Shown here piece after piece: positions 1 to 13,429 of a stretch of DNA of 64,000 nt (position 1 is the stretch's first letter; each line of letters opens with the position of its first letter). Under the pieces are notes generated by a model that saw only the letters and a list, made by a program, of their open reading frames with translations, was not told the DNA's origin and made no database searches. The position numbers were made by a program, and so were the translations under genes. Source of the DNA: Eledone cirrhosa (Eukaryota); NCBI GenBank assembly GCA_964016885.1, contig OZ024742.1, forward strand, positions 366,110,001 through 366,174,000, in the 5' to 3' direction.

Positions 1-24
1 TGACAAGGCTAGACCTTTAAATAA

Positions 25-322
25 TGGAGGCACATGGCTTAGTGGTTAGAGCATTGGCCTTGCAATCGAAAGGTTGTGAGTTCAATTCTCAGACCGGGTG
101 ATGTGTTGTTTCCTTGAGCAAGACACTTTATTTCACATTGCTCTAGCTTACTCAGCTGTAGAAATGAGATGATAGGGACTGGGGTCCATATCATTCCACT
201 GTAGAGTGGTCGTAGAGGTGCCACGGCAAAAAAGCACCCAGCACTCACTGTAAGTGAGGTTGGTGTTAGGAAGGGCATCCAAGCAGGGAAAAAGTGGACG
301 TAAAATGAAATGATGATGATGA
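25..322 (+). mobile_element. tRNA-derived SINE (family A) with RTE-LINE-derived tail
   Basis: A-box-like TGGCTTAGTGG and B-box-like GAGTTCAATTC, core CCTTGAGCAAGACACTTTATTTCAC, tail shared with the RTE 3' UTR, (GAT)n end. Confidence 0.8.
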
Positions 323-323
323 T

Positions 324-713
324 CCAGTCCACTCTGTAAAGTGGTTGTGTTGGTGACATGACAACAAATGCCCAGTCCAACCCGTAAAGTGGTTGTGTTG
401 GTGACATGACAACAAGTGCCCAGTCCAACCTATAAAGAGCTTGTGTTGGTGACATGACAAAAAGTGCCCAGTCAAACCTGTAAAGTGGTTGTGTTGGTGA
501 CATGACAAAAAGTGCCCAGTCCAACCTGTAGAGTGGTTGTGTTCGTGACATGACAAAAAGTGCCCAGTCCAACCTGTAAAGTGGTTATGTTGGTGACATG
601 ACAAAAAGTGCCCAGTCCACCTGTAGATTGGTTGTGTTGGTGACATGACAAAAAGTGCCCAGTCCACCTGTAGAGTGGTTGTGTTGGTGACATGCTAAAA
701 ACCACCCAGTCCA
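324..713 (+). repeat. 47-48 bp minisatellite (~8 units) derived from the RTE 3' UTR motif
   Basis: Unit ccagtccaacctgtaaagtggttgtgttggtgacatgacaaaaagtgc. Runs directly into an RTE 3' end (714-885, ending in gatgatgat). Confidence 0.85.
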
Positions 714-914
714 TGCTGTAAATGTGGTTTGCATTAGAGACGGCATCCAGCCATAGAAACCAAACCAGAATCAGTTCTGTATGAGCAAGACATGGTCACC
801 TGATCTGACTTGTCTCACAATGACAGGTCAACTCGTGTAACCCATGCTGGCAAGGAAAATAAACATTAAACGATGATGATGATGGTGAAGCTAAACAGAA
901 TTAAAACGACCTAC

Positions 915-983
915 CTGTGGAATGTTGAGCCTCTGTAACCAACAGGTACTCCATCTTTTCTATATTCACCTGTGCAGAATTGT
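915..983 (-). CDS. PPIH: Cyclophilin H coding exon 3 (69 bp); the gene continues left of the window
   Basis: TTTCAG acceptor, encodes (R)[22 protein letters not shown](R), then a GTAGGT donor. The RKDGVP.GY loop is characteristic of PPIH. Phase matches exon 2. Confidence 0.93.
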
Positions 984-2156
984 CTGAAATACAACAGATT
1001 AAACTTAAATACTTCTCATACCATATCACCTGGAACCAACACTCGTTCTATGATACAAAACTATTTGTTGTAGGTGTTTAAATTTATCTAAAAAAAACCT
1101 TCCATTAGAATTCTTTGTTCCAAACACCAGAGAAATGAGAAATTTAGTTATATTAGAAAATTTGTCCATATTCTTCATTATTTTCAAAATGCAAAACAGT
1201 TAATTCTAAAATATTTACATTAATCTAAAATCCTTCATTCATAATTTTCTGTAAGAACCTTCATTGAGTTATGTTCCAAACAGATGAATAATGAGAAAGT
1301 TAGTTATATTATTAAAAAATCAATCAGTGTCTTTCATTAGAAATATGGTAATGAAAGGGTTAATATATCAACATATTTTCTATATTTACCTGTACAGTAC
1401 ACTCTGTAAGGTGGACACAACATACTCTCTTTACAACCATAAAGTTCCAGGTTCAATCCCACTGTACGACATCTTAACCAAATGTTATTTACCATAACAT
1501 TTGGTTGACCTTTAGGAGATTAGTATCGGTGTACATATAAAATTATTACAAAAGACAATAAATGCCGGTGTGTGTTGTGATAATGTTTTTACTTCATAGA
1601 AGTCAAAGGGATTAATATAAATGAATCATTACCCGTGGATCACAACTCCTAGGCTGAAGTGTGTAGAGAAGAACAGAGATCTTCTCTAGGAGGTGTTAAC
1701 ATCTTCTTAGGTTCTTAGGCTGCCGGTTGCATTCTTCTTGGTGGCGAAGGATTATGAGAAAGGAATCATCTCATGCTAAGGTCGCAGGTGTTACCACTTT
1801 GGAATTCAGGAGGCGAGAGAGAGAGATCGTCCTAACCTGTTCCTTTTATAGGGTCTGACCGGAAGTGACCAACAGGGAGTCTGTCACCCCCAAAGGGAAG
1901 CAACTCCAGCTACTTCCTGTCTAGAGAGCGGTGATGAGATTGTCTTGACACTGTATGTGTGTAGACAGAAACTGTTTAGAAGCCCATTAGATAGACTGTA
2001 CATGTAATTCAATAGACCAGCCTCAATGTGCAGTGAAAGATGCTGAATGTCTGTAAGAATTAAATTAAGGGAACACATGTCTGTGGAAAGCCCAGCTACA
2101 GGAGGAGACTCTGTTGATTAAACATTTGGAAAGCAGAGATGTTGTCTATCACTTTA

Positions 2157-2206
<50 letters not shown>

Positions 2207-2689
2207 TTTGATTTGATTTTCGCCAACAAACCACGTGTGGACATGGACGGGGGGGGGGGGGGACCCCAAAAAACAAATTACTACATCCCTTAGGCATCAC
2301 AGTAAGTACTTCACAAAATCTATAAATAACAATATACACACAAATCTATATACAGATACATACCACACACATATACACACAAGTGAAAAGAAACCACACT
2401 ATTTCATGTGAGACACTATACCGGCCAATCTTACGTACATTTGTGAAATCTTTCTGAACATTGACTTCGCTTCTAACCCACATACACCTTTTAATTATAT
2501 ATATAATTATATATTTGTGTGCAGATCTTGTATACACACACACATAATACATAGGAAAACAGAAACAGAAATACAAAAGAAAACAAAACGAAAAACAAAC
2601 ATTTTATTTCTATCGTAATCAAGTGCGCTAAACCTATATTGTTTACATTCTGTGTTTTTCTACGGATTGGCAGAAATAACAAAATTGCC

Positions 2690-3904
2690 ATGGTGATATC
2701 CATGGATGAAGTATGCAACAAAACTGGTCGATGTTCCAAAATAGAACATTGCCCAGAAAACCACATCTGCCATATCTGTGCGGAACCTGAAAACTCGTTC
2801 TGTAATCGCTGGGTCGAATGTGGAACCTGTCACATCTCTGTCTGCCTTCAATGCGCCACAGGCTTCCGGAGGATCCCAGGCCAAAAAAAGAGACATCATA
2901 ATGCTATGATGGATGGACTCTGGGAGATGGTCCAGCTAAAATCCTGGTCCTTTCAGTGCCTGGCCTGTGTGCCTGCCTCCACCAATGTTGTTAAAAAACA
3001 ACAACAAAACCGATGACTGTATCTTCCTCTACCATTGTTACTGAACAACGGCAAAAACCTATGACACTGGCTTCTGCTGCTATTCCTGTGGGAGAACATC
3101 AGAAACAACAACCCATGTCTTCCGCTCCCAGTACATCTCGGCACCAACAACCAACGACTGTCTTCCCCTACCATTCCCGTGGAGGAACATCATCATCATC
3201 ATCAACAACAGCAACAGCAACAGCAACAACAGCAGCAGCAACAACAACAACAGCCACAACAACAACCAACCAGTACAGATTTTGCAGAATTGCAACTAAT
3301 GATTTCTGCTTTAAGAAGGGAAGTAATCGGAATAAAAGCAAGCATTCGGGTAGGACCCCACAATGAGGGGTCTTATCGGAATGCCTTGCTAAAGAATCTC
3401 CCTGTACCTCTTGCCGTATCTGGGCACACTGAGAAGACTGCGGAATCTGCTACTCATGAAGTAATTGCCATTGGGGTACCAGAGGACAAGGCTGATCTTC
3501 AGGCATTTGCTGCCAACTCAGCCAAAGACCTAGGCTGTGTTCCCCCAAAGGGTGCTCTCCGCCTTGGTCGACCTGGTCCCAAACCCAGACTCATCAGGCT
3601 GTCTTTTTCGGACCCCGCTGAGGCAATTTCATATCATCTGGCCTCAGTTAAAGCTGGGCGTGAAAATCGGATTACCTTCCGAACACGCGCAGGCCTACTA
3701 CCTAATGTATGTCCAAATTTACGTGCTCCAGCTTCCTTCAATCGGAACTCAGCACAACATGAAAGTTTTAGTCTGTGTGATTATGGGCAGATCAGGAGGT
3801 TTGTTAAGGCTGGTGAAACGTGGAAGAGAGATACCAGCTGGTCTGAGTGCGCTCTACCCACAATAACTGGCAATGAAATAACTGCAACAACTCTGGGAAA
3901 CTAA
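2690..3904 (+). pseudogene. CR1-type LINE ORF1, frameshifted; PHD-like zinc finger and poly-Q/H tract
   Basis: CHIC...CGTCHISVCLQC...CLAC Cys pattern, later the RLGRPGPKPRLIRLSF motif typical of CR1/L2 ORF1. Split across three frames. Confidence 0.7.
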
Positions 3905-3942
3905 ACCAGAACAAACTGCCATCCTCTACACACCATCATAAA

Positions 3943-6670
3943 TTGCAAGCACGGTACAAATTGTTGTCCTTAAATGCTCGCAGTTTATGCAACAAGATAC
4001 ATCTGTTTAACTCCTACGTCAGAAGCATCGACCCTGACTTCATCACAGTTACGGAAACATGGGCACATTCCTTACTCTGTGATGGGGTTTTCAGCATTAC
4101 TGGGTACAACCTGTTCCGCAAGGACCGCATAAATCGCCGTGGTGGTGGTGTGATGGTCTACATTCGTTCAAACTTTTCGATAATTCCTTGCGTTGATTTG
4201 AACGAATCACAAGAAGTTTTTTTCTGTGACATACGTATGACCATGTCAACACTTCTGCTTGGTGTTGTTTATTGCCCCCCAAACTACCATCAGGACACAC
4301 AGATTTGCGATATCCTCAGAGCTGCTGACAGGAAAACAGCCACGTATGTGTTTATTGCAGGTGACTTCAATCATCCTGAGATCGATTGGGAAACCTTTCG
4401 TTGGCCACAAAGTGCAAACGATTTCCTTGAGCTAGTGCTGGACTCAAACTGGTCACAAGTAGTCACCTCTCTAACAAAAGGTGACAACACTTTGGACCTG
4501 ATCTTCACCACTACTCCTGAAGTGGTTATCAGTTGTACTACTGAGGAACCTCTAGGCGACTCTGATCATGCTATGATCATTGCCAATCTGGCTCTTGCGG
4601 GCAGCAACAAAAACCAGAACCATCTCCAATCTGCTTGCTTTGATTGGAAGAAAGCAGATTGGAACTTGTACTGCACTGAGCTACAGCACCCAAACTGGCA
4701 TGAGTTCTATAACTCTGGAGATGTGAACACTATACTCCAGAGCATCCTGGACTTAATATGGATAGCGTTTGCAGCATCAGTGCCACGTAAGCAGAAAAAA
4801 AAACACCCCAAAAGTGCAATTTGGGAAACTTCAGCGGTCCGACTTGCCAGGAAAGAATGTCGGAACGCTGAACTGGAATATAAACTGCATAAATCAGATG
4901 CCAACAGAAAAAAGCGGAATAAATCTTCCAACCATCTCAAGCAAGTGACAAAAAAGACAGTGCTTGAATTTGAACAGTGCATAGCAACCAATCGTGACAG
5001 TAAGGTGTTCTGGAAATATGTACATTCAAAGCAGAGACCTCACTCTCCAGTTGGTCCTCTTCGCAATCCAGATCACTGACGATCCCAAAGATGCGCAGAA
5101 CTCATTGCTGAGTGCTATGCAAGCATTTTTACTGTTGAAAACCAGAATGTACCATCTCTAACATCAAATTCCATAACAACTATGGAATTTACACCTGCAA
5201 TGCTGCGACGTCACCTTAAGAATAAACGCAACTGGTCTTGATGGTGTTACATACCTGCTTCTCAAACGTGGCGGGTACTTCCTTTTGCACCAGCTTTCTT
5301 TCTTCTTTCAATACTGTCTCAACAATGGTGCTACTCCGGAGCAGTGGAAAACTGCCAGTGTCATTCCCCTGTTCAAAAAGGGCAACCGCATGTCACCTGT
5401 CAACTATCGTCCAGTCAGTCTTACTAGCTTTATGGCCAAACTGTCGAATCCTGTGTCAGAGAAACACTTTGGAACTTCTGGAGCTCTCACTGCCTCATCC
5501 GGCCCACGCAATTTGGATTTATCCCTAACTCCAGCTGGTGCGATCAGCTTTTCGAGTTCCTTGAAGACATTACCCGGATCACTGACAGCAGCTCATGGGT
5601 GGATGTTGTTTACCTTGACTTCGCTAAGGCTTTTAATTCTGTGCCACACAAAAGACTTATGGCGAAACTCTCTGCAATGGGTGTGAGGGATGATCTTTTC
5701 GACTGGTTGAAATCCTTCATTCTCAGCCGAAAAAAAGTAGTCACGGTTCTAGGACAGCATTCTTCACCATATGAGATGTCATCTGGTGTACCACAAGGAT
5801 CTGTTCTTAGTCCCCTTTTGTTTGTGGCATACATTAATGACATAGATGCCAACTTAAAGAATGCCACAGTACTGAAATACGCAGATGACATCAAGCTGTA
5901 CCTTGAAATCAAAAGGACAGATCCTGAAATCTATAGATCTTGCTTGCAGTCTGACCTGGACACAATGCAACAATGGATCTCAGACTGGCAACTCAAGCTG
6001 GCTGTGGACAAGTGTACCACCATGCATTTTGGGAGGAAAAACCCAGCGTCAACTTACTCCCTCCACAACACTGATATCAAGAAGTCCTCTTGTGAACGTG
6101 CCCTGGGCATTACTGTCAGCAGCGATTTGCGTTGGACAAAGCATGTCTCTAAGATTGTCAAGAAGGCCAGAGGTGTCTTGGTATCACTCAGCAAAACCTT
6201 TGTTAGCCGCTCTCCAGCCATCTATTTAAAACTGTATACAGCTATGGTACGACCACACTTGGAATTCGCATCATCAGTTTGGAACCCCTATCTTGCTCAG
6301 AACATTGACTTCCTGGAAACTGTTCAGAGACGTGCAACCAAGCACATACCTTCCATCAGACACCTACCATACTCTGAACGCCTTGCTTCCCTGGGCATGG
6401 ATTCATTGAAACTCCGACGTCTGGCAATGGACTTGGTAAACACCCCCAAAGTTATTAACCATCTCGCCAACAACAACCCTGAGCACCTTTTTGATCTCTA
6501 TGTGTCTAACACACATAGACATGTCTACAAAATCAGAAAAAAAAACAGCTCCTATGACTTTCGGAAACATTTTTTCACGCTTAGAGTTGCTGAAGCATGG
6601 AACAAACTGCCGAGACACTGCATCCTTTAAAACCCTCATGCATCCCGAAATTCGCCAAAACTTCACCTGA
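3943..6670 (+). pseudogene. CR1-type LINE ORF2 (APE endonuclease + reverse transcriptase), disrupted
   Basis: NARS, VTETW, GDFN, LDLIF, SDH (APE). NYRPVSLT, LDFAKAF, GVPQGSVLSP, YADD (RT). Stop and frameshifts near 5079-5600. Confidence 0.93.
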
Positions 6671-6846
6671 TGTACCCCTTCCATACACATGCACACGTGT
6701 ATATCATGACTCAGGCACTGTTCATTTTCTTGATGTTTGTACATTACCCTATGTACTATACATACACTTTTGATGAGTTGTAGTGCACCTGAGCACTGTA
6801 CACAATATTTTCATTATTATTATATATATGATGATGATGATATATA

Positions 6847-7131
6847 TGTTTAAGAGGGATAAGTTGTAGTGTACGGGAGAGAAGACTGCGATGGTATGGA
6901 CATGTGATGTGCATGGAGCATGACCGGTGGGTAAAGAAGTGCCAAGAAATGCCAGTAGAGGGAAGACCATAAAAAACATGGCCGGAGGTGGTGAGAGCAG
7001 CCCCCAGATTGCTGAAGCTCACAGTGGAGATGACGAAGGACCGTGACAAGTGGAGAGATGCTGTGCTGAATAGGACCCGTCCCACTCTTGCAAGCAGGGA
7101 AAAGCGGATGTAAAATGATGATGATGATGAT
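6847..7131 (+). mobile_element. RTE LINE 3' fragment
   Basis: Translates to RRLRWYGHV-like RTE C-terminus and ends in (GAT)n. Confidence 0.75.
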
Positions 7132-7149
7132 TATAATATATATATTATA

Positions 7150-7310
7150 AAGAGTCAGGGCTCAACAGCTGAGCTCTTGCAGACTAGCTGTTGAAATGCC
7201 AAGAGCTCAACTGACAGGTCCTGTCTCGTTAAAGTATTGCTACACTCTACTATCCCAAGTATTGAGTACTCTGTTGAGTAATGGTCTCACTAGTGTTATC
7301 TAGTTCTATC
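7150..7310 (+). mobile_element. Short repeat, probable Penelope-type terminal-repeat fragment (other copies at 40093, 41965, 48305, 49695)
   Basis: Shared motif cactctacta(t/c)cccaa.tat(t/c)gagtactct, adjacent to TA-rich sequence. Confidence 0.5.
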
Positions 7311-7319
7311 CTGAGATAA

Positions 7320-8675
7320 TCATCATCAGCACTGTTTTACGTCCATTCTTCCATGCTAACATGGGTTAGACGGGTTGTCCTGTTGTGGGCAGTGTCTGGT
7401 CGGCTGACTTTGCCTTGCTCATACAGGAACTGATTTTGGCTTGATTTCTACAGCTGGATGCCCTTCCTAACAACCTCATTTACAGTGAGTGCTGGGTACT
7501 TTTTTCCATGGTGCCTACACGTCCACTTTACAGTGTGGACTGGGTGCTTTTTTGCCATGGCACCTCCACGAACACTTTGCAGTGGGAGGGTGTGAGGCCA
7601 TATTGTCTATATGCTTCAGCTTGTACCCATGGGAGGTCGGGTACTCTGTATTACTGCGTGACGCCAGAGGTCACGGTCGTGTGTCATCGCGTTTGAGAGG
7701 TGTAATTGGGTACGGTCGGCTTTTATCACCTCATCCCAGGTCTTCTTGGGTCTCCCCACTCCGCGGTTTCCAATGACTTCTAGTGCTCTGCACCTTTTTA
7801 TGCAGCTGTCATCCTTCATACGCATCACATGTCCATACCAATGCAACCGCCTCTCCTGCACACAGCATTTGATTCCTCTTATGCTCAGTCTCTCTGTCAA
7901 TTCATTTATGCTTTGCCGTTCACATATATTAACTATTACACATCCATCGGAGCATGCAGGCTTCGTTTCTTTCTAATCTACGTAAGTCTTCCACCTTCAG
8001 CGCCCAGGTCTCACTACCATGTAACATTGCTGTTCGTATACACGCATCATACAGTCTGCCTTTCATTTTGAGGGAAAAGGCTTTTGCAGCTAGCAGTGGC
8101 AGTAGTTCCCTGAACTTCTTCCATCCCGTTCTTACCCTAGCTATTGTACTTTCTGAACACCCACCTCCGCTGCTAATTCGGTCACCTAGGTAGCAGAAGT
8201 TGTCTACTGTTTCTATAGAACCCTCCCAGAGATTGGTGGTACTTGTTTCCTGTGGCTGTTTGCTGCTTGCTGTCCCAGCACAGCTGCTACATGTGAAGCC
8301 TACATTCTTAATTAAGCTTCCTGAGATCCCGTTACATCTCTTGTGTACCCATTGTTTGCATTTGGGGCAGAGAATGGAGTTCCTACCTACACCTTTCCTA
8401 CATACTGAGCAAGGCCATTTCCCTGAGGGAATCTGGGTTCTGTTTTCTCATCTACTTACAAGAACCTTAGTCTTTGTCAAGTTGACTTTGAGACCCTTTC
8501 TTTCTAGTTCCTGCTTCCATGTTTGGAATTTATTCTCTAGTTCCACCATGGATTCAGCTATAAGTGCGAGGTCATCTGTATACAGGAGTTCCCATGGGCA
8601 TCCGGTCTTAAACTCCTCCATTATTGCCTGCAGGACTATGATGAACAGGAGAGGGCTAAGAACAGAGTCCTGGTG
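7320..8675 (-). mobile_element. 5'-truncated RTE LINE
   Basis: HQDSVLSPLLF, YTDDL and RRLHWYGHV motifs, 3' UTR and (GAT)n tail. Close relative of 28381-30345. Confidence 0.9.
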
Positions 8676-8922
8676 TAATAATATATGATATAAAAATGAT
8701 TTCTTCATGACTAGAACTGTTTAGAAGTAATTTCTATATAAAATAAATATGCTTATTTTCTTCTAACATATTGAGTACGTTATTTAACTGTCATTATTTT
8801 CCAATGGGATACCATTCATATTATACATGTGTGTGTGTGTGTGAACAGGAAACAAAAATAACAAAGCAAACGACACAGTATATTGAACAAATATATTAGT
8901 TTAACGCTTGAAATAATAGGAG

Positions 8923-8961
8923 TCTTAACATTTCGGAAACAACTAGTCCTTCATCAGAAGA
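8923..8961 (-). ncRNA. Minimal type I hammerhead ribozyme motif (Penelope-type), probably decayed
   Basis: Minus strand reads tctt-CTGATGA-aggactagttgtttcc-GAAATGTT-aaga. Stem I tctt/aaga. GAAAC appears mutated to GAAAT. Confidence 0.6.
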
Positions 8962-9054
8962 TATGAGAAATAAAAGATGAAATAGAAAGATGAGGCATAA
9001 GAAGTGAAAAGAACAGAAAACACTAGGAAAAAAAAAAGAAATGTGTATTATATA

Positions 9055-9325
9055 TCATCATCATCATCATTTCATTTTACGTCCGCTTTTCCCTGCTAGC
9101 AAGGGTGGGACGGGAACTGATTCTGGCTTGATTTCTACAGCTGGATGCCCTTCCTAACACCAACCTCATTTACAGTGAGTGCTGGGTGCTTTTTTTGCCG
9201 TGGCACCTCCACGACCACTTTGCAGTGGAATAATAGGGACCCCAGTCCCTATCATCTCATTTCTACAGCTGAGTAAACTGGAGCAATGTGAAATAAAGTG
9301 TCTTGCTCAAGGAAACAACACATCA
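9055..9325 (-). mobile_element. SINE family A, 5'-truncated
   Basis: Reverse complement of the core and tail at 25-322. Confidence 0.8.
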
Positions 9326-9492
9326 TGTATAAAATGTTGCTAGCAGGAAAAAATGGATGTTAACTGATGATAATGATGATGATGATCCAGAAACATCGCT
9401 TTGTTAATGTTCAGTGAAAAAAAAAGGAATGTTAGTTATTCCATCCATAAAACAATGTGTTATTTATTTGTGGAAAGAAGAAGAAAGTTTAC

Positions 9493-9557
9493 CTAAAATT
9501 GTCTGCTGTTCTTGGAACAGCATCGGCAAAGAGTTCAAATTTGATCCGGCCAACATC
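9493..9557 (-). CDS. PPIH: Cyclophilin H coding exon 2 (65 bp)
   Basis: Polypyrimidine tract plus CAG acceptor, encodes DVGRIKFELFADAVPRTADNF(R), then a GTAAAC donor (phase 2). Confidence 0.93.
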
Positions 9558-9597
9558 CTGGAAAAGAAAATGGAAAACAATAGCAAACAATATATAT

Positions 9598-10392
9598 AAA
9601 GTGGTTGAGTAGGTGTCACAACAAAAAGTACCCAGTCCACACCTTAAAGTGGTTGTGTAGGTGTCACAACAAAAAGCACCCAGCCCACACTGTAAAGTGG
9701 TTGAGTAGGTGTCACAACAAAAAGTACCCAGTCCACACTGTAAAGTGGTTGAGTAGGTGTCACAACAAAAAGCACCCAGCCTACACAAGAAAGTGGTTGA
9801 GTAGGTGTCACAACAAAAAAACACCCAGTCCACACTGTAAAGTGGTTGAGTAGGTGTCACAACAAAAAGCACCCAGCCTACACAAGAAAGTGGTTGTGTA
9901 GGTGTCACGACTAAAAGTACCCAGTCCACACCTTAAAGTGGTTGTGTAGGTGTCACAACCAAAAGCACCCAACCCACTATGTATAGTGGCCATGTAGGTC
10001 ACAACAAAAAGCACCCAGCTCACTATGTATAGTGGCCATGTAGGTCACAACAAAAAGCACCCAGCCCACTATGTATAGTGGCCATGTAGGTCACAACAAA
10101 AAGCACCCAACCCACTATGTATAGTGGCCATGTAGGTCACAACAAAAAGCACCCAGCTCACTATGTATAGTGGCCATGTAGGTCACAACAAAAAGCACCC
10201 AGCCCACTATGTATAGTGGCCATGTAGGTCACAACAAAAAGCACCCAACCCACTATGTATAGTGGCCATGTAGGTCACAACAAAAAGCACCCAGCTCACT
10301 ATGCATAGTGGCCATGCAGGTCACAACAAAAAGCACCCAGTCCACTATGTATAGTGGCCATGTAGGTCACAACAAAAAGCACCCAGTCCACC
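9598..10392 (+). repeat. Compound minisatellite: ~8 x 48 bp then ~9 x 46 bp, derived from the RTE 3' UTR motif
   Basis: Units aaagtggttgagtaggtgtcacaacaaaaagtacccagtccacactgt and gtatagtggccatgtaggtcacaacaaaaagcacccagctcactat. Confidence 0.9.
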
Positions 10393-10979
10393 CTGTATTA
10401 TAATCAGTGTTGCAGCTTATGTAGAAACTTTATTACAATATTACAATTGTTTCAATATCAATCACTGCAGCGTACAATCATCGCAGACTGGGGCCTGACT
10501 CTTCTTCGACATCTCCTCAGATATGTGAGTAATGATACATCCAGGACTTATAGTTACATAGATACATACATTTATATGTGTAACGATACATCCAGGACTT
10601 ATAGTTAAAAGTATTTGATTAAATAATTACTTGATTACAACAGTCTATGGGAAGACATTTGAATGTTTGATTTCTTTTAACCCTTTAGCACATTACTCTA
10701 TGTTTAGTATTATTTCTTCATGGTAAAAGCTTTACTTTACATAATTATCTCTCATAATATCAAATCTATGAAATTTTGATGTTATTTATTTTGAGTACAA
10801 TACCTTAACATCAGTATGAGTAGCCAGATACAGCCAGTTTGAACAGAAAGAGGTGAGAGAATTCTGGCCGGATATGGCCGGTTTAAATGCTAAAGGGTTA
10901 ATCTTCAAATACTTCATACTTGGTTGTGTTAGCAGCAGCAACAGTAGTTGTAGTAGTAGTAGTAATAGTCACAGTAGTT

Positions 10980-11215
10980 ATATATGTGTGTTTGAGTGTG
11001 TATGCATGTATGTATATGTGTGTGTGTGTGAGTGTGTGCATATATGTAAATGTGTGAGTGTGTGCATATATGTAAATATATATGTGTGTGTGTGCATGTA
11101 TGTAAATATGTGTGTGTGAGTGTGTGAATGTATGTAAATATGTGTGTGAGTGTGTGAATGTATGTAAATATGTGTGTGTGAGTGTGTGAATGTATGTAAA
11201 TATGTGTGTGAGTAT
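10980..11215. repeat. TG/TATG-rich compound microsatellite
   Basis: Direct reading. Confidence 0.85.
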
Positions 11216-11334
11216 GGACATGTACCATCATCATCCTCATCCTTTTTACGTTTGCTTTCCCATGCTTGCATGGGTTGGATGGGTATGTATGTATATACAC
11301 ATGTGTGTGTGTGTGTACAAGTATATATATATAT

Positions 11335-12578
11335 AAAAGTTAACTTGTCTAAGACTAATGTTCTAGTAGATAGGATAGAAAATAGGGCACATGTCTCCTC
11401 AGGGAAATGGCCATGCTCAGTGTGTAGGAAAGGAGAAGGCAGAAATTCCATTTTGTTTCAAATGCAAAGTATGGGTGCATAAAAGATGTAGTGGGATCAT
11501 AGGTAGGCTATCTAAGAACGTAGATTTTATATGTCACCGATGCTCAGGTGCAATAAGTAGCAAGTGCCCACAGGATACTAGCTCCTTCCATTGCCCAGGT
11601 GGTTCTATAGAAATAGTGGACACCTTCCATTACCTGGGTGACAAAATCAGCAGTGGTGGAGGGTGCTCTGAAAGTACAGTAGCTAGAGTCAGAACAGGAT
11701 GGAAAAAGTTCAGAGAGCTTATATCACTATTGGCCGCTAAAGGTTTCTCTCAAAAAATGAAAGGCAAACTGTATGATGCCTGCATACGAACAGCAATGTT
11801 ACATGTCAGTGAAACATGGGCATTGTGTGCAGAGGATCTGCGCAGACTGGAGAGGAACGAAGCTTGCATGCTCCGTTGGATGTGTAATAGTAATATACGT
11901 AAACAGCAAAGCATAAATGAACTAAGGGAGAAATTAGGTATAAGAGGGATCAGATGCTGTTTACTCGAGAGAAGACTACGTTGGTATGGTCACGTGATGC
12001 ACATGAAAGACGACAGCTGTATAAAAAAATGCAGTACGATCAAAATTGATGAAAGTTACGGAGTAGGTAGACCCAGAAAAACCTGGGACGATTTGATAAA
12101 TTCCGACCTTTCAGACGTAAACCTCTCTAAGACAATGTCACTGGACCGAAATCTTTGGCGCTACGCAGTAATACAGAAAACCCGCCTTGCCTAAGTACAA
12201 AGCGAAACCTACACTCATTAGGCACCTCTTAATCAAATATACACCCCAACCCACTACCCCACCCCACCCCATCTACACCACCCCTTTCTCTGTAAAGTTA
12301 TGTTGATGCCACAACATCCAGTCCTAAATAAATGAGGTCGTGTAGGTGTCACGACAAAAAAACACAGTCCACGCTGTAATGTGGCCGTGTAGGTAACACG
12401 GTAAAAACCTCCCAGTCCACACTGTAAACGTGGTTGGTGTTAGGAAGGGCATCCAGCCGTAGAAAACCTGCCAGACAGTCCTATACGAGCAGGACAACCA
12501 ATCTTGCTTCAAGTGGGACAATTCCCGTCTAAACCCATGCAAGCGTGGAAGATAGACGTTAAACAATGAAGATGATGA
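11335..12578 (+). mobile_element. 5'-truncated RTE LINE (second subfamily)
   Basis: Zn-finger-like WVHKRCSG insert, YLGD, SETW, RRLRWYGHV, GRPRKTW, 3' UTR and (GAT)n. A further tail copy lies at ~12640-12877. Confidence 0.9.
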
Positions 12579-13429
12579 TATACTTGTACACACCACACCC
12601 CACCCTCCCTCACCCATTCCGTCCACTGTGTCAATGACACAACAGTCCACACTGTAAGGTGGCCGTGTAGGAGACACGGTGAAAAGGCTCCCAGTCCACA
12701 CTGTAAATGTGGTTGGTGATAGGAAGGGCATCCATTGTAAAAAAAAAAAAAAAAAAAAAATTGCCAGAGACGCTTCCATGAGAGCGAGACATGGTCTCCC
12801 GACCATTCCAGCATCAAATGGAACAAAACCGTCTAACCCATGCTAGCGTGGAAGATGCACGTTAAATGATGATGATGGTATATATATATATATACATGGT
12901 CTAAGCATGCGAGGAAAGTAGTGAGGAAAGTTGTTTAAAGTAATGAACAAGAAACAACTGGAACACTCGTGTCCGGAGTATTAAGGTTATTACGGTGTTT
13001 GGCTGACATGTTGTTATTCTGGTGGCATTCCTAGGCTGGGTGGCATGTTGTGTTGTTGAGTCAGTTCATTTCACATGGCTACAGCTGGGGATGGTGGAGA
13101 TGGTGACCTGTCCCAGGGCAGGGGAAGAACTTCTTATACTCATGTCACTTAACAATGATAAAATCAAGATAAGTTCCAGCATGATGATCTCCGTGGACAT
13201 GGCACAGCCATAAGTCTTTGCTTTGTTGTTGTTGTTTTTATCTCTGGCCGGAACACTCTGATCAGAGCAAGACTGGGGCTAAACTACTACAGGTTTTCTT
13301 ATTAAGCTGCTTAAAATAAACCGTAATCGAGCAAGTCGTATGAGCATACATGACTCAGTCTAACCATCCTATCGTTTTTCTGTATATCTAGTATTACAAT
13401 GCTTAAAGTTTATTTCTATGCCCACTTAT

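Larger units (their letters stand above)
2600..6821 (+). mobile_element. Near full-length degenerate CR1 LINE in PPIH intron 2 (antisense)
   Basis: ORF1 + ORF2 + 3' UTR ending in (ATT)n. The 5' boundary is approximate. Confidence 0.85.

Noticed and set aside
25-100. tRNA genes at SINE heads
   Set aside because: A/B boxes are present, but there is no full cloverleaf and they continue into SINE bodies.
1622-2124. Possible solo LTR (TG...CA, TATA-like on the minus strand)
   Set aside because: No target-site duplication, weak terminal inverted repeat and no second copy in the window.
10490-10530. Hammerhead-like CTGAGGA...GAAG...GTC on the minus strand (similar weak motif at ~44200-44235)
   Set aside because: The core deviates and stem I pairing is not convincing.
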